Notes: generated by a model from the letters alone, not told the origin. Positions 28,726 to 38,801 are shown, numbered from the stretch's first letter. The stretch is DNA of 64,000 nt from an uncultured Spirochaetota bacterium (GCA_963845535.1 CAWJSK010000019.1:96001-160000); one strand, 5' to 3'. Made by a program: numbers and translations.

Positions 28726-31476
28726 TCACCTGCTTGCCATTTTCCTGAGCACCGTCGGAAGGATTCCGCCGTTCAGGCAGTACTCCAGCTCCACGTCGGT
28801 GTCGATCCGCGCCGTGGCGTGAAACGATATCTCGTTACCCGATGGGCCGCGCGCGGACACCCTGATGCTGTCCAAGGGCTTGCGGGGACCGTCGACATCA
28901 AGCTGCTCATCCCCTTTCAGCCCGAGGGTTGAGGCGTTCTCACCCTTTTGGAACTGCAGCGGCATGACCCCCATGCCCACGAGGTTCGACCTGTGGATGC
29001 GCTCGAAGCTTTCCGCTATCACCGCGCGCACCCCCAGGAGAAGCGTGCCCTTTGCCGCCCAGTCCCGCGAGCTCCCCGTGCCATATTCCTTTCCGGCGAT
29101 GACAATGAGAGGCACGCGCTCCGACCTGTACCGTTCAGCCGCCTCAAAAATGCTCATCCGCTCTCCCGTGGGGAAGTGACGGGTGAACCCACCCTCCACC
29201 CCAGGGACAAGAGCGTTTCGAAGTCGAACGTTTCCGAACGTCCCGCGGACCATCACCTCGTGGTTTCCCCTGCGGGACCCGAACGTGTTGAACTCCCTTG
29301 CCTCCACCCCGCGGTCCTTCAGCCATTTCGCGGCAGGTCCGGGATCAGGGATTTCCCCCGCGGGAGAAATGTGGTCCGTGGTCACGGAATCTCCCAGAAG
29401 GGCAAGCACGCGGCCTCCCCGAATGCCCGGGACTCCGGTGTTCTTTCCGTCCAGGCCCTCGAAGAACGGCGGCTTTCTGATGTAGGTGGATTGCCCCTGC
29501 CAGGCGTAGAGATTCCCCTGCGGGACGGTGATCTTCTTCCATGCCTCGTTCCCTTCGAAGACGGAAGCATAGGTGTCGCGGAACAGCTCAGGACGAAGCG
29601 CCTCCGCGGTTGCAGATTTGATCTCCTCCGCGGACGGCCAGAGGTCATGCAGGAAGACTGCCCGGCCGTTGCGGTCAGCTCCGACGGGCTCGTTTTCCAG
29701 GTCGATCTCCACAGTTCCGGCAAGGGCGTACGCGATCACCAGCGGAGGAGAGGCGAGGTAGCTCGCCTTGACCAGGGGGTGGATCCTGCCCTCGAAGTTG
29801 CGGTTGCCGGAGAGCACCGCGGCAACGGTGAGGTTGCCCTCCGTGATGGCTTTGCCTACTGCCGGAGGAAGCGGACCCGAGTTACCGATGCACGTGGTGC
29901 ACCCGTAGCCGACCAGGTGGAACCCCAGCGCCTCCATATACGGGGTGAGACCGGCCTTGTCGAGGTATTGTGTAACCGCACGGGAGCCGGGGGCAAAGCT
30001 CGTCTTCACGTGGGACGGGACGCGCAGCCCGAGCTGCACGGCATTTTTTGCAAGGAGCCCGGCGCCGAGCATCACGGAGGGGTTGGACGTGTTCGTGCAG
30101 CTCGTGATGGCCGCAATGACCACGGAACCATCCCGCAGCGTCTCCCGCGCGCCCTGGATCTCGATCTCCGCCCCGCGGTCCGCAGAGGGGGGCTGGACGC
30201 GCTCGGGCTGGGCGTACGCGGGCTGGACGCGCTCGGGCTGGGCGTACGCGGGCTGGACGCGCTCGGGCTGGGCCCGCGCGACCGCCTGCCAGGAGCCGCG
30301 CGTTTTCGACAGCGGGAGCCTGTCCTGCGGCCTTCGAGGCCCGGCAACGCATGGTTCGACGCTGCCGAGGTCCAGCTCGAGAACCTCGGAGTACTGCGGC
30401 TGGGCCGCATGCTCGGCGCGAAAAAGGCCCTGCTCCTTGCAGTACCTTTCCACCAGCGCAACCGCTGACGCGTCCCGTCCAGTGTCGTGAAGGTAGGCGA
30501 GGGTTTTCTCATCCACCGGGAAAAACCCCGCCGTGGCCCCGTACTCGGGGGACATATTCGCAATGGTCGCCCTGTCCGCGACGGAAAGGGCCTGCACCCC
30601 GGGGCCGAAGAACTCGACGATTTTTTCAACCACGCCATGAGCGCGGAGCATCTGCGTGACGGTGAGCACGAGGTCCGTTGCGGTGACGCCATCCCGCAGC
30701 CCGCCGTGAAGGCGCATGCCGACGACCCGCGGCAGCAGCATGTACAGCGGCCGCCCCAGCAGCGCGGCCTCGGCTTCGATCCCGCCGACACCCCACCCCA
30801 GGACGCCGATGCCGCAGATCATGGTGGTGTGGGAGTCGGTGCCCACCACGGTGTCGGGAAACGCCACGCCGTCTCGAACTTCCACCACGCGCGCCAGGAA
30901 CTCGAGGTTCACCTGGTGGACGATCCCCGTTGACGGAGGGACCACGCGAAGACCCTGGAAAGCGCCCGCTCCCCAGCGGAGGAACTTGTAACGCTCCCGG
31001 TTGCGCTCGAGCTCGCGCGAGGCGTTCTCAGCGAATGCGCTCCGCGTGCCGGAAGAGTCCACCTGCACGGAGTGGTCGATGACGAGGTCCACCGGGATGA
31101 GCGGGTTGATCCGTGACGGGTCTCCTCCGAGCCCGGCCATGGCGTCGCGCATGGCGGCAAGGTCTGCCACGGCGGGCACTCCCGTGAAGTCCTGCATGAG
31201 CACGCGCGCCGGCAGAAAAGGGATCTCGCGCGTTTGCGCGCCGTGCGCCGCGGCCGCATGCGCGGCCAGCACAGCGGAGACGTCCTCCTCCTTGACGAGG
31301 AAGCCGTCAACGTGGCGAAGCACCGACTCCAGGAGCACTTTTGTCGCGAAAGGAAGACCGGATACGGAGCCGGACCCTTTTCTCTCGAGCTTCTCCAGGC
31401 TGTAGTAGTCGATACGGCGGCCGCCGGCGGACAGCGTTGACTTCGTCCCCAGGAGATCAGCTAAGTTTCTCTTCAT
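28726..31476 (-). CDS. acnA: aconitate hydratase A
   Basis: QDFTGVP, DHSVQVD, ITSCTNTSNP, GCTTCIGNSG and GSSRDWAAKG motifs. Confidence 0.97.
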   Translation of the reverse strand: MKRNLADLLGTKSTLSAGGRRIDYYSLEKLERKGSGSVSGLPFATKVLLESVLRHVDGFLVKEEDVSAVLAAHAAAAHGAQTREIPFLPARVLMQDFTGVPAVADLAAMRDAMAGLGGDPSRINPLIPVDLVIDHSVQVDSSGTRSAFAENASRELERNRERYKFLRWGAGAFQGLRVVPPSTGIVHQVNLEFLARVVEVRDGVAFPDTVVGTDSHTTMICGIGVLGWGVGGIEAEAALLGRPLYMLLPRVVGMRLHGGLRDGVTATDLVLTVTQMLRAHGVVEKIVEFFGPGVQALSVADRATIANMSPEYGATAGFFPVDEKTLAYLHDTGRDASAVALVERYCKEQGLFRAEHAAQPQYSEVLELDLGSVEPCVAGPRRPQDRLPLSKTRGSWQAVARAQPERVQPAYAQPERVQPAYAQPERVQPPSADRGAEIEIQGARETLRDGSVVIAAITSCTNTSNPSVMLGAGLLAKNAVQLGLRVPSHVKTSFAPGSRAVTQYLDKAGLTPYMEALGFHLVGYGCTTCIGNSGPLPPAVGKAITEGNLTVAAVLSGNRNFEGRIHPLVKASYLASPPLVIAYALAGTVEIDLENEPVGADRNGRAVFLHDLWPSAEEIKSATAEALRPELFRDTYASVFEGNEAWKKITVPQGNLYAWQGQSTYIRKPPFFEGLDGKNTGVPGIRGGRVLALLGDSVTTDHISPAGEIPDPGPAAKWLKDRGVEAREFNTFGSRRGNHEVMVRGTFGNVRLRNALVPGVEGGFTRHFPTGERMSIFEAAERYRSERVPLIVIAGKEYGTGSSRDWAAKGTLLLGVRAVIAESFERIHRSNLVGMGVMPLQFQKGENASTLGLKGDEQLDVDGPRKPLDSIRVSARGPSGNEISFHATARIDTDVELEYCLNGGILPTVLRKMASR
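30191..30273 (-). repeat. 30-bp in-frame tandem repeat (AQPERVQPAY, about 2.8 copies) in acnA
   Basis: GGCTGGACGCGCTCGGGCTGGGCGTACGCG at 30191 and 30221, partial copy at 30251. Confidence 0.95.
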
Positions 31477-31572
31477 CGTTTTCCCGTGCCTCATTGTATA
31501 CACCACGGAGACGATGCAGTGCTATTGTCATCTCCTGCGGTTTGCTCTATCATTGAACGAGAGAGTCAAGAG

Positions 31573-32193
31573 ATGCTGGTGCCTGCCGAGGTCTGGACAG
31601 TGGCGAAAGCCGAGCAGGGAAATGCGGTGCTCGTCAGGCCCCTCGGTCTGGACGTAGCCGTGCCTATATTCATTGCGCCTCTGGAGGCGCAGTCCATACT
31701 GATCGGGCTTGGGAGCGTGAAAATGCCACGGCCTCTCACCCATGACCTTTTCATCACGGTGCTTGAGAGCCTGGAGTCCTCCGTCAACCGCGTCGAGATA
31801 ACCGCCCTCAAGGAGGGCACCTACTACGCAAAGCTGATCCTGGATTCCTCGGGATCCGAGATCGCGGTGGATGCGCGGCCCTCTGATTGCCTTGCCCTGG
31901 CCGTGCGGGTCAAATGTCCCATCTATATTGATGAAGCCGTGGTGGATGAAGCGGGCATCTCCGTGAAGATGGTGGAAGAGAAGAACAGGGAGCTGAAGCA
32001 GGGCGAGGTGGCAGGGGAACAGTCCGCTGAGGAAGGTGAAAGTGAGACGCCCACCGTCACGGAGGTTGCTCCCGCCGCCCAGCAGGATGAGATGTCCGGC
32101 CTCCGGAAGCTCCTTCAAGCGGCCATAGATGAAGAGAACTATGAGGAAGCCGCCCGGTTGCGGGACAGGATACGGGAGATAGAGAGCGCATAG
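31573..32193 (+). CDS. bifunctional nuclease family (DUF151) protein with a C-terminal UVR motif
   Basis: VPIFIAPLEA, PRPLTHDL and DARPSD motifs; AIDEENYEEAARLRDRIRE. Confidence 0.9.
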   Translation: MLVPAEVWTVAKAEQGNAVLVRPLGLDVAVPIFIAPLEAQSILIGLGSVKMPRPLTHDLFITVLESLESSVNRVEITALKEGTYYAKLILDSSGSEIAVDARPSDCLALAVRVKCPIYIDEAVVDEAGISVKMVEEKNRELKQGEVAGEQSAEEGESETPTVTEVAPAAQQDEMSGLRKLLQAAIDEENYEEAARLRDRIREIESA

Positions 32194-32243
32194 CGGTATC
32201 ACGCAGAGAGTGTGCCATGTCCCTGGCGCGCACAGGCCGGCCC

Positions 32244-32942
32244 TCAGTCCGGCCCGATCGTGGTTCCCGTGTACGCGTCTCCCCTCAGGATGCGCTCAAG
32301 GTTCAGAAGGTTCCTTCCCTCCGCGAACACCACGGGTATCCGCGAAGCGGCAGCCGCATGGGCCGCCGTGGCATCGAACGGCGTGTTCTTCCCCGGCGTC
32401 CACTCCCCGCCCACGATTTTCAGCATCTCCTTCCACGAGAGCCTTTCCAGCGCGCGAGCGTCAGGGTTCGTGCGAGGGTCAGCCGAATAGACCTGCGCGA
32501 TATTCGAAAGGTTGACCACGAGGGACGCCGAGAACCGTTGGGCCAGCACCACGGCGTCGTTGTCCGTGGAAAAACCCGGCTTCCAGCCCGCCGCCACCAT
32601 GACCCGGCCGGTGAACACCGTGACGGCGGTGGGATCCGTCACGAGGTTTTCCACGCACCAGGGGCGCAGGATCCGCCGCACCAGCTCGCCGTTCACCCGA
32701 GTGGCGGCTATCCCCACCCAGTCCTGGTCCTCGCTGGAGGCCGTTGAAGATGCTTCCCGAAGCGCCGCCTGGTATTCGCGGGCAAGGCTCCCGCCTCCGC
32801 AGACAATGATGAGCTTGCGGTTCGGATCCCCGGATAGGTGGCCCTCGACGAGGCGGGCAAAGTCCTTGAGGAAGGGGACGTCGAGCCCCTTCGGAGCGAT
32901 GATCGATCCCCCCAGGGAAATGACGGCAACATTTGGTGTCAT
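32244..32942 (-). CDS. pyrH: UMP kinase, archaeal type
   Basis: VISLGGS, GGGSLAREY, DWVGIAATRVN, PGFSTD and PFD motifs. Confidence 0.9.
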   Translation of the reverse strand: MTPNVAVISLGGSIIAPKGLDVPFLKDFARLVEGHLSGDPNRKLIIVCGGGSLAREYQAALREASSTASSEDQDWVGIAATRVNGELVRRILRPWCVENLVTDPTAVTVFTGRVMVAAGWKPGFSTDNDAVVLAQRFSASLVVNLSNIAQVYSADPRTNPDARALERLSWKEMLKIVGGEWTPGKNTPFDATAAHAAAASRIPVVFAEGRNLLNLERILRGDAYTGTTIGPD

Positions 32943-33020
32943 GTCTGAACTATAGATCAATCACGGGTGGACGGCCAGAGTGGCCTTGCAAAACGGTACG
33001 AGTGAGTCTATATCTGGACC

Positions 33021-33977
33021 ATGGAAAAGATGAAGATCTTCGTTGCGGATTCGATCTCGAAGGAAGGGATTGCGGAGTTCGGGAAGCACCCCGAGCTGGA
33101 GCTGGTGGTCAAGACGGGGCTCGCGCCGGACAAGCTCGCCGCGGAGCTGGGCGGCAGTGTGGGGCTGGTGGTGCGCTCGGCGACGCAGGCCTCCCGGGAG
33201 ATCATCGGCGCCGGCACAAGCCTCAAGGTCATTGGCCGGGCGGGCGCGGGAGTGGACAACATCGACGTCGCCGCCGCCTCAGAGCGGGGCATCCTGGTCC
33301 TGAACACTCCGGGAGGGAACGCGGAAGCGGCCGGAGAGCTTGCCATCGCCATGATGTTCGCCCTTGCCCGCGAGCTGACGCGCGCTGACGCAACCATGAA
33401 AGCGGGCGCGTGGGACAAGAAGAGCTTCAGCGGCTGTGAGCTGCTTGGGAAAACCCTTGGGCTCCTGGGGATCGGAAACGTGGGAAGCATTGTCGGCTCC
33501 CGCGCGCTTGCCCTGGGAATGAAGGTCGTTGCATATGACCCGTTCGTCAGCGCGGACAAGGCGAAGTCCCTCGGCTTCACGCTCGCGGGCTTTGACGAGG
33601 TCATCCAGGCCGCGGACTTCATTTCCATTCACGCCCCTAAGACCGCTGACACCAAGGGCATCCTCAACGCGAAGGCTTTTGCCCGGATGAAGAAAGGCGT
33701 GTACATCGTCAACTGCGCCCGGGGCGGGATTGTCGTGGAGAAGGACCTGCTGACTGCCCTGGAGAGCGGAACCGTGAAAGGCGCGGGGGTCGACGTCTAC
33801 GACAAAGAACCCCCTGATGACTGGACACTCGCGAAGCATCCGCGCGTGATTGCAACTCCGCACATCGGAGCTTCCACGGGAGAAGCCCAGGTCAACGTGT
33901 CGGTCATGATTGCCCGACAGATCGCCGCTTATCTCCTCACGGGAGAGGTGATCAACGCGGTCAACGGGGCCAAATAG
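33021..33977 (+). CDS. serA: D-3-phosphoglycerate dehydrogenase-like protein (short form, no ACT domain)
   Basis: VRSAT, RAGAGVDNID, NCARGG and TPHIGASTGEAQ motifs. Confidence 0.85.
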   Translation: MEKMKIFVADSISKEGIAEFGKHPELELVVKTGLAPDKLAAELGGSVGLVVRSATQASREIIGAGTSLKVIGRAGAGVDNIDVAAASERGILVLNTPGGNAEAAGELAIAMMFALARELTRADATMKAGAWDKKSFSGCELLGKTLGLLGIGNVGSIVGSRALALGMKVVAYDPFVSADKAKSLGFTLAGFDEVIQAADFISIHAPKTADTKGILNAKAFARMKKGVYIVNCARGGIVVEKDLLTALESGTVKGAGVDVYDKEPPDDWTLAKHPRVIATPHIGASTGEAQVNVSVMIARQIAAYLLTGEVINAVNGAK

Positions 33978-34067
33978 CGGGCAGAAGCCCGGCCGAGCGC
34001 GGCAGAGGGCCACAGAGGCGGAAGGCCGTCTATCGAGGCTGAAAGCCGCGCGGCGCCGCTCCCATCC

Positions 34068-34096
34068 TTGCCGTTTTCCTTGTCCAGGGGTACATT
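34068..34096 (+). promoter_or_regulatory. sigma70 promoter
   Basis: TTGCCG, 17 bp, TACATT, upstream of 34115. Confidence 0.55.
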
Positions 34097-34114
34097 GCGG
34101 ATGGGAGTGGGAAC

Positions 34115-34909
34115 ATGAGCTCCGACATCACTGATATCCTGCGGGAGTGGGAGTTCGACTCGGATAACCAGATTCGCATCATCCAGGCTGATGACGGCCG
34201 GCAGGTGCTTCAGGTGCGCCAGCCAATGGGAATGGAGCAATACGAGCTTGACGGGCGGCCTGACGGCAAGCATCCCCTCGGCCGTGAGAGCATGGTGGAG
34301 GAATACCAGGCGCGCCTGGAGAACTACAGGAGCGCCCACGGGACGGATGACGGTTTCACCATCACCCATGACGACTTCGCCCACCTCCAGGGGGAAGGTG
34401 TCCTGTACTACTTCCGTTACCTCGTCCTGTTCCAGATCGGGGATTTCGTCCGCACGGCCCGTGACACCGAGCACAACCTCAGCCTGTTCTCCCTCGTGGA
34501 GAAATACGGAGAAAGCGACGAGGACAGGAAGGAATTGCTCCAGTACAAGCCGTACGTTGTGCGCATGAACGCCATTGCCCGGGCCATGATCTCGCTCCAC
34601 AAGGAGATGAAGGACGCGGCGGAGGACATCCTCACGAACGCAATCAGCGCCATCGAGGGAATGAATGAGATCGACACGCCGGCGTTCCAGTTCGAGCGGG
34701 TGAGGTCCCTCAACTACCTCAAGGCCACCTTGAAACAGATCCATGAAAAGAAGGAAACCCCTCTGGACGCGCTGAAGACCGAGCTCTCAACCGCCATCGA
34801 TGCGGAAGACTACGAAAAGGCCGCCGTGATCAGGGACCGAATCCGCCAAGTCGAAAGGGAGGAGACTTCCTCCGACCCGGCAGGACCTGAGAGCGACGCC
34901 GCGCCGTAA
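34115..34909 (+). CDS. UvrB/UvrC (UVR) motif-containing hypothetical protein
   Basis: GRPDG motif; C-terminal AIDAEDYEKAAVIRDRIR. Confidence 0.85.
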   Translation: MSSDITDILREWEFDSDNQIRIIQADDGRQVLQVRQPMGMEQYELDGRPDGKHPLGRESMVEEYQARLENYRSAHGTDDGFTITHDDFAHLQGEGVLYYFRYLVLFQIGDFVRTARDTEHNLSLFSLVEKYGESDEDRKELLQYKPYVVRMNAIARAMISLHKEMKDAAEDILTNAISAIEGMNEIDTPAFQFERVRSLNYLKATLKQIHEKKETPLDALKTELSTAIDAEDYEKAAVIRDRIRQVEREETSSDPAGPESDAAP

Positions 34910-35005
34910 TCAGCACAGCCGAGCCTCTTCGCCGCACCGTGTTCCTGCCCCGCATCTTGTTCCTTCCCGCCCGCCCTGCTATCCTCACCGTCAGGGGATG
35001 AGACG

Positions 35006-35353
35006 ATGATCAGGAGAAAAGCCGACATGGAGAAAGAGGTGCGCGAGCGCATGCGGGACGGCACGGGAACGGTGGAAATCCTGCATGTGTTCCGGCAGAA
35101 AGAGCTGCGGGGGAAGGTCCGGCTTTTTGCCCGCTTGCGCCTCCAGAAAGACTGCTCAATCGGCTACCACCTCCATGACGGTGAGGAGGAGATATTCTAC
35201 ATTCTCTCAGGAACCGGCACGGTGACCGAAGGTGACACCACCTCCGTTGTCGGTCCCGGAGATGCGGTCCTGACCGGGGGCGGCGGTGGACATTCCATCG
35301 AAAACCCGGGTGAGGAACCGCTGGATTTCCTGGCAACCATCCTGTTGTATTGA
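35006..35353 (+). CDS. cupin domain protein
   Basis: IGYHLHDGEEEIFYILSG...HSIEN. Confidence 0.9.
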   Translation: MIRRKADMEKEVRERMRDGTGTVEILHVFRQKELRGKVRLFARLRLQKDCSIGYHLHDGEEEIFYILSGTGTVTEGDTTSVVGPGDAVLTGGGGGHSIENPGEEPLDFLATILLY

Positions 35354-35364
35354 GACTCCGACCA

Positions 35365-38010
35365 ATGTTTGCATTCCTTCGTCCCCGCGCTCCCCAAGAG
35401 AAGCTCGCAAGCTCTTTTCACTGGCTCGACAGGAGGATCTTCCCCCAGACAGAGACGCAGGGGTACTCCGCCCGACAGGAGCACGGCGCGTTCCGCCTGG
35501 AGCTGCGCAAGGAGAGCTACTTCGCCTGGGAGACCATGGTTCCCGAAAGGCGGTTCACCGACTTCGTGCTCGAGGCGGAGCTGGAAGCCGACCCGTCGAA
35601 CGGGCATTCGGCGCTCGGCGTCGTCCTGCGCCACGTGAACGATGAGAACTTCTATTTCTTCCTCCTCTCCTCGCGCGGGGACTATCGATTCGACCTGCTG
35701 TTCAACAACCATCCCCGGCACCTCATCGAGTGGACGCGCCTGCCGGAGCCCGACGGCCCGTCCCGCAGGCTTTCCCTGGTGGCCCACGGTTCGCATTTCT
35801 CCTTTGTGGTGGATGACGAGTGGGTGGGTGAGATCGATGACGAAGTCCTGCCCGCGGGCGGGATCGGGTTCGCGGCGCAGACCTTCCAATCCGCTCCGGG
35901 AGGGGTCTTCCGCCTTCGCCGTCTGGCCGTGAATACCCGGCCGCTGGATGTGGAGAGGGAGCACCTGCGCTGGACGTACTTTTTCCCCGCCTCTCCGCAG
36001 GCGCGCGTCGGGCTTGCCGAGACGTTTTTCGGGATGGGAAGCTACCACGCCGCCATTGTCCAGCTCCACCGCGGGCTCAAGAACAGGGAGGGCACCGCGC
36101 CTGAGCATTTCCTCCTGGCGGAGAGCTGCGCCCGGCTTTCCCTTCTTCCGGAGGCGATTGCTGAGATCGACACGGTGCTCCGCATGGAGCCCGGTCACAA
36201 GGAGGCGCGGCAGGAGAAGCCCAACCTCCTGTATCTTGCCAATCGGCTCCCGGAAGCGCGGGACGAGATGCGCGCGCTTCTTGCGGATGAAGCTTTTTCC
36301 CAGGGGCCCGCGGCGTGGAACCTCCTGGGGAATGCCGAGTACGGGCTGGGCAACTGGGAAAAAGCTTCGGAGGCGTACCTGCGGGCGTGCGACCTTCAAC
36401 CCGGCATGCCTCTTTTCCTCGGGAATGCGGCCCGAAGCCTTGAGCGTGAGGGACGAACAGCGGAGGCAACGGACCTGTACCTGAAGGCGGCCCGGGCTTT
36501 GTTCGCGGAGGAGACCTTCGACGAGCTTTCCCTCCTCCTCCCGAGGCTTCACGCGCTCGACCCTGGCAACGCCGAGGTCCGGTCCCTGGAAGCGCGGATG
36601 CTCTACCGGGAAGGGAAGACGGAAGAGGCGCAACGCATTCTCGCGGGGCTCGCGGACGAGGGGAAAGCGGACAGCACGGCAAGCTACCTGCTGGGAATCA
36701 TGCTGAGCGCCCAAGGCCGCAGGGCGGAAGCGCTGCCCCACCTGGAGCGCGCGGCCGCGGCGGAGCGGTCTTTCCCCTTGTACCAGTTTCGACTCGCGGA
36801 AACCCTTCACATGCTTGGGCGGGACCCCGTACCTGCCCTGGACGCGGCGCTCGCGCTTGCCCCGAATGACCCGTGGACGAACAACCTCGCGGGGATGATC
36901 AGGATGGAGAAGGGCGATGCGGAGGGGGCCGTGGGGTTTCTCCAGAAGGCGCTTTCCGCCGCTCCGGCCGAGATCGACATCGGCATGAACCTCTCCGAGG
37001 CGCTGTCCCGAAGCGGGAAGAACGAGCAGGCAATCCGCGCGCTCGACGAGCTTGCCAGCGCTACCGGCGAAGCAAACGCCGCGCTTGCCAACCAGAAAGG
37101 AAACGTGCGCGTGCGCATGGGGGACAACGCCGGTGCGGTGACGGAATACGAGAGCGCCATCCGCCTTGACCCTGACAACCCCGCGTACAAGGAGAACTGC
37201 GCGGCCGCCTGCATCGAGATGGACATGGTCCACCGCGCGGAGGAGTTGCTGGCGGAGGTGGAGGAGGAGCATCCCTCGGCTTCCGTGTACAACCTGCTGG
37301 GAAACGTGGCGGTGCTGAAGGGCGAGCTGATCCGCGCGGAGATGGCGTACAACGCCGGTCTGAGGCTCGAAGCGGACAACACGGACATCAAAATCAACCT
37401 CGCCATGCTGTACGCGCAGAAGAACGACTATGCAAAAAGCAGGGCGATTCTGGAGGGCATCCTTGCCGGCTCTCCCGGCCATCCCCGCGCCGCCCGCGCG
37501 CTGGAGCGCGCGCGCTCTCAGCATGAAACGCGCATCACGTGCGCGCAGTGCGGGCGCGAGTGGTGGGCGCCGAAGGACCTGCCGTCGCAGCCGGGGCTGA
37601 CGGTCCGCGGCGAGCCGCCCGGGGACGCCCCTGCCGGCCGGTGTCCGAAATGCGGCAGGGTCTACTGCGTGTCGTGCGCGTCGGCGAACATCAAAGACAT
37701 GCGTTTTTTCTGCCCCTCTTGCAGTGAGAACTTGAAGCTTTCTGAAGACTCGTTGAAGTGGCTCCTGGCTCGGGCCATCGATGCAGCGCCCCTTCCCGAA
37801 GCAGCGCCTTCAGCCCGTCCTGACGCGGCCCCTGCGCCTGTGCCGCCTTCGGACGTCGAGGAGGAGGGGATGTGGGCGATGCCCGGGGACGACGCCGGAA
37901 GCCCGGAACCGGCCTCCGCCAAGGATGGAGACGAAAGCGCGCCGGTAGACGGCGGGGCTTCCGAAGGCAGCGCACCGGCAGACGGCGGGGCTTCCGAAGG
38001 CGGCTCGTGA
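35365..38010 (+). CDS. DUF1080/ConA-like domain, TPR array and Cys-rich zinc-binding domain protein
   Basis: FTDFVLEAE...GGIGF beta-sandwich; many TPR motifs; CAQC, CPKC, CVSC and CPSC. Confidence 0.85.
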   Translation: MFAFLRPRAPQEKLASSFHWLDRRIFPQTETQGYSARQEHGAFRLELRKESYFAWETMVPERRFTDFVLEAELEADPSNGHSALGVVLRHVNDENFYFFLLSSRGDYRFDLLFNNHPRHLIEWTRLPEPDGPSRRLSLVAHGSHFSFVVDDEWVGEIDDEVLPAGGIGFAAQTFQSAPGGVFRLRRLAVNTRPLDVEREHLRWTYFFPASPQARVGLAETFFGMGSYHAAIVQLHRGLKNREGTAPEHFLLAESCARLSLLPEAIAEIDTVLRMEPGHKEARQEKPNLLYLANRLPEARDEMRALLADEAFSQGPAAWNLLGNAEYGLGNWEKASEAYLRACDLQPGMPLFLGNAARSLEREGRTAEATDLYLKAARALFAEETFDELSLLLPRLHALDPGNAEVRSLEARMLYREGKTEEAQRILAGLADEGKADSTASYLLGIMLSAQGRRAEALPHLERAAAAERSFPLYQFRLAETLHMLGRDPVPALDAALALAPNDPWTNNLAGMIRMEKGDAEGAVGFLQKALSAAPAEIDIGMNLSEALSRSGKNEQAIRALDELASATGEANAALANQKGNVRVRMGDNAGAVTEYESAIRLDPDNPAYKENCAAACIEMDMVHRAEELLAEVEEEHPSASVYNLLGNVAVLKGELIRAEMAYNAGLRLEADNTDIKINLAMLYAQKNDYAKSRAILEGILAGSPGHPRAARALERARSQHETRITCAQCGREWWAPKDLPSQPGLTVRGEPPGDAPAGRCPKCGRVYCVSCASANIKDMRFFCPSCSENLKLSEDSLKWLLARAIDAAPLPEAAPSARPDAAPAPVPPSDVEEEGMWAMPGDDAGSPEPASAKDGDESAPVDGGASEGSAPADGGASEGGS
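37936..38001 (+). repeat. 33-bp in-frame duplication (SAP[V/A]DGGASEG x2)
   Basis: Near-identical copies at 37936-37968 and 37969-38001. Confidence 0.9.
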
Positions 38011-38038
38011 GCCGCGCTTCGCGCGGTGCGTGCTTGTC

Positions 38039-38066
38039 TTGACAAAGGAGGGTCCATCAATAGTAT
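38039..38066 (+). promoter_or_regulatory. sigma70 promoter upstream of lolA
   Basis: TTGACA, 16 bp, TAGTAT. Confidence 0.5.
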
Positions 38067-38120
38067 GGTACCATCCTGTCGGGCGGGCGCGCATCGCCTG
38101 AGGGATCGGTAAAAGGGCAC

Positions 38121-38798
38121 TTGTTGAGCAGAAAAGCTTTCCTTTCCACTCTTTTTCTCGTTTTCGCAGCCTGTCTGACGTTCGGGCAGGACATGGTTTC
38201 CGCGGAGAAGTTCTTCGCTTCCCTTTCGGCGAGCTTCGGGGCGGTGAAGGATTACGAGGCGGCAATCACGATCACACAGGGGAAGACGACATCTCACGGT
38301 AAGATTTCCTACAAGTCGCCGTTCTATTTGCGCATCGATTTCGATGACCCCAAGGGACAGGTGGTGGTGTTCGACGGGGAGACACTTACGTTCTTCTCAC
38401 CCCAGTACGAGGTGGTCCTCGAACAGAAGTACAAGAAGAAGGGCGCGGCGCAGATCGAGAGTCTTGCCAGCAGCCAGGGGCTGTCCATCCTGCAGCGAAA
38501 TTACTCAGTGGCGTACCTGACGGGGCCCGCTCCGGTTCCCCTTGATGACGGCTCCCGGGAGATGGTGGTGAAGCTGAAGCTGACGGCGCACGGCACCACG
38601 GGCTTCAACCAGCTCATCATCTCCGTCAAGGACCAGCTCATCCGGAGGATCGAGGGGACCGAAGTGAACGGAGAACAGATCACGATGGACATTGCGAACA
38701 TCCGGATCAACCAGGGCGTGCCGGACGAACGCTTCACGTATGATCCTCCCCCGTACGCGAACGTCATCTCGGACTGGCTCTTCGATACGGAAGAGTAG
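38121..38798 (+). CDS. lolA: outer-membrane lipoprotein carrier LolA
   Basis: Signal peptide; YKSPFYLRIDFDDPKGQVVVFDG; INQGVPDERF. Confidence 0.85.
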   Translation: MLSRKAFLSTLFLVFAACLTFGQDMVSAEKFFASLSASFGAVKDYEAAITITQGKTTSHGKISYKSPFYLRIDFDDPKGQVVVFDGETLTFFSPQYEVVLEQKYKKKGAAQIESLASSQGLSILQRNYSVAYLTGPAPVPLDDGSREMVVKLKLTAHGTTGFNQLIISVKDQLIRRIEGTEVNGEQITMDIANIRINQGVPDERFTYDPPPYANVISDWLFDTEE

Positions 38799-38801
38799 GG
38801 T

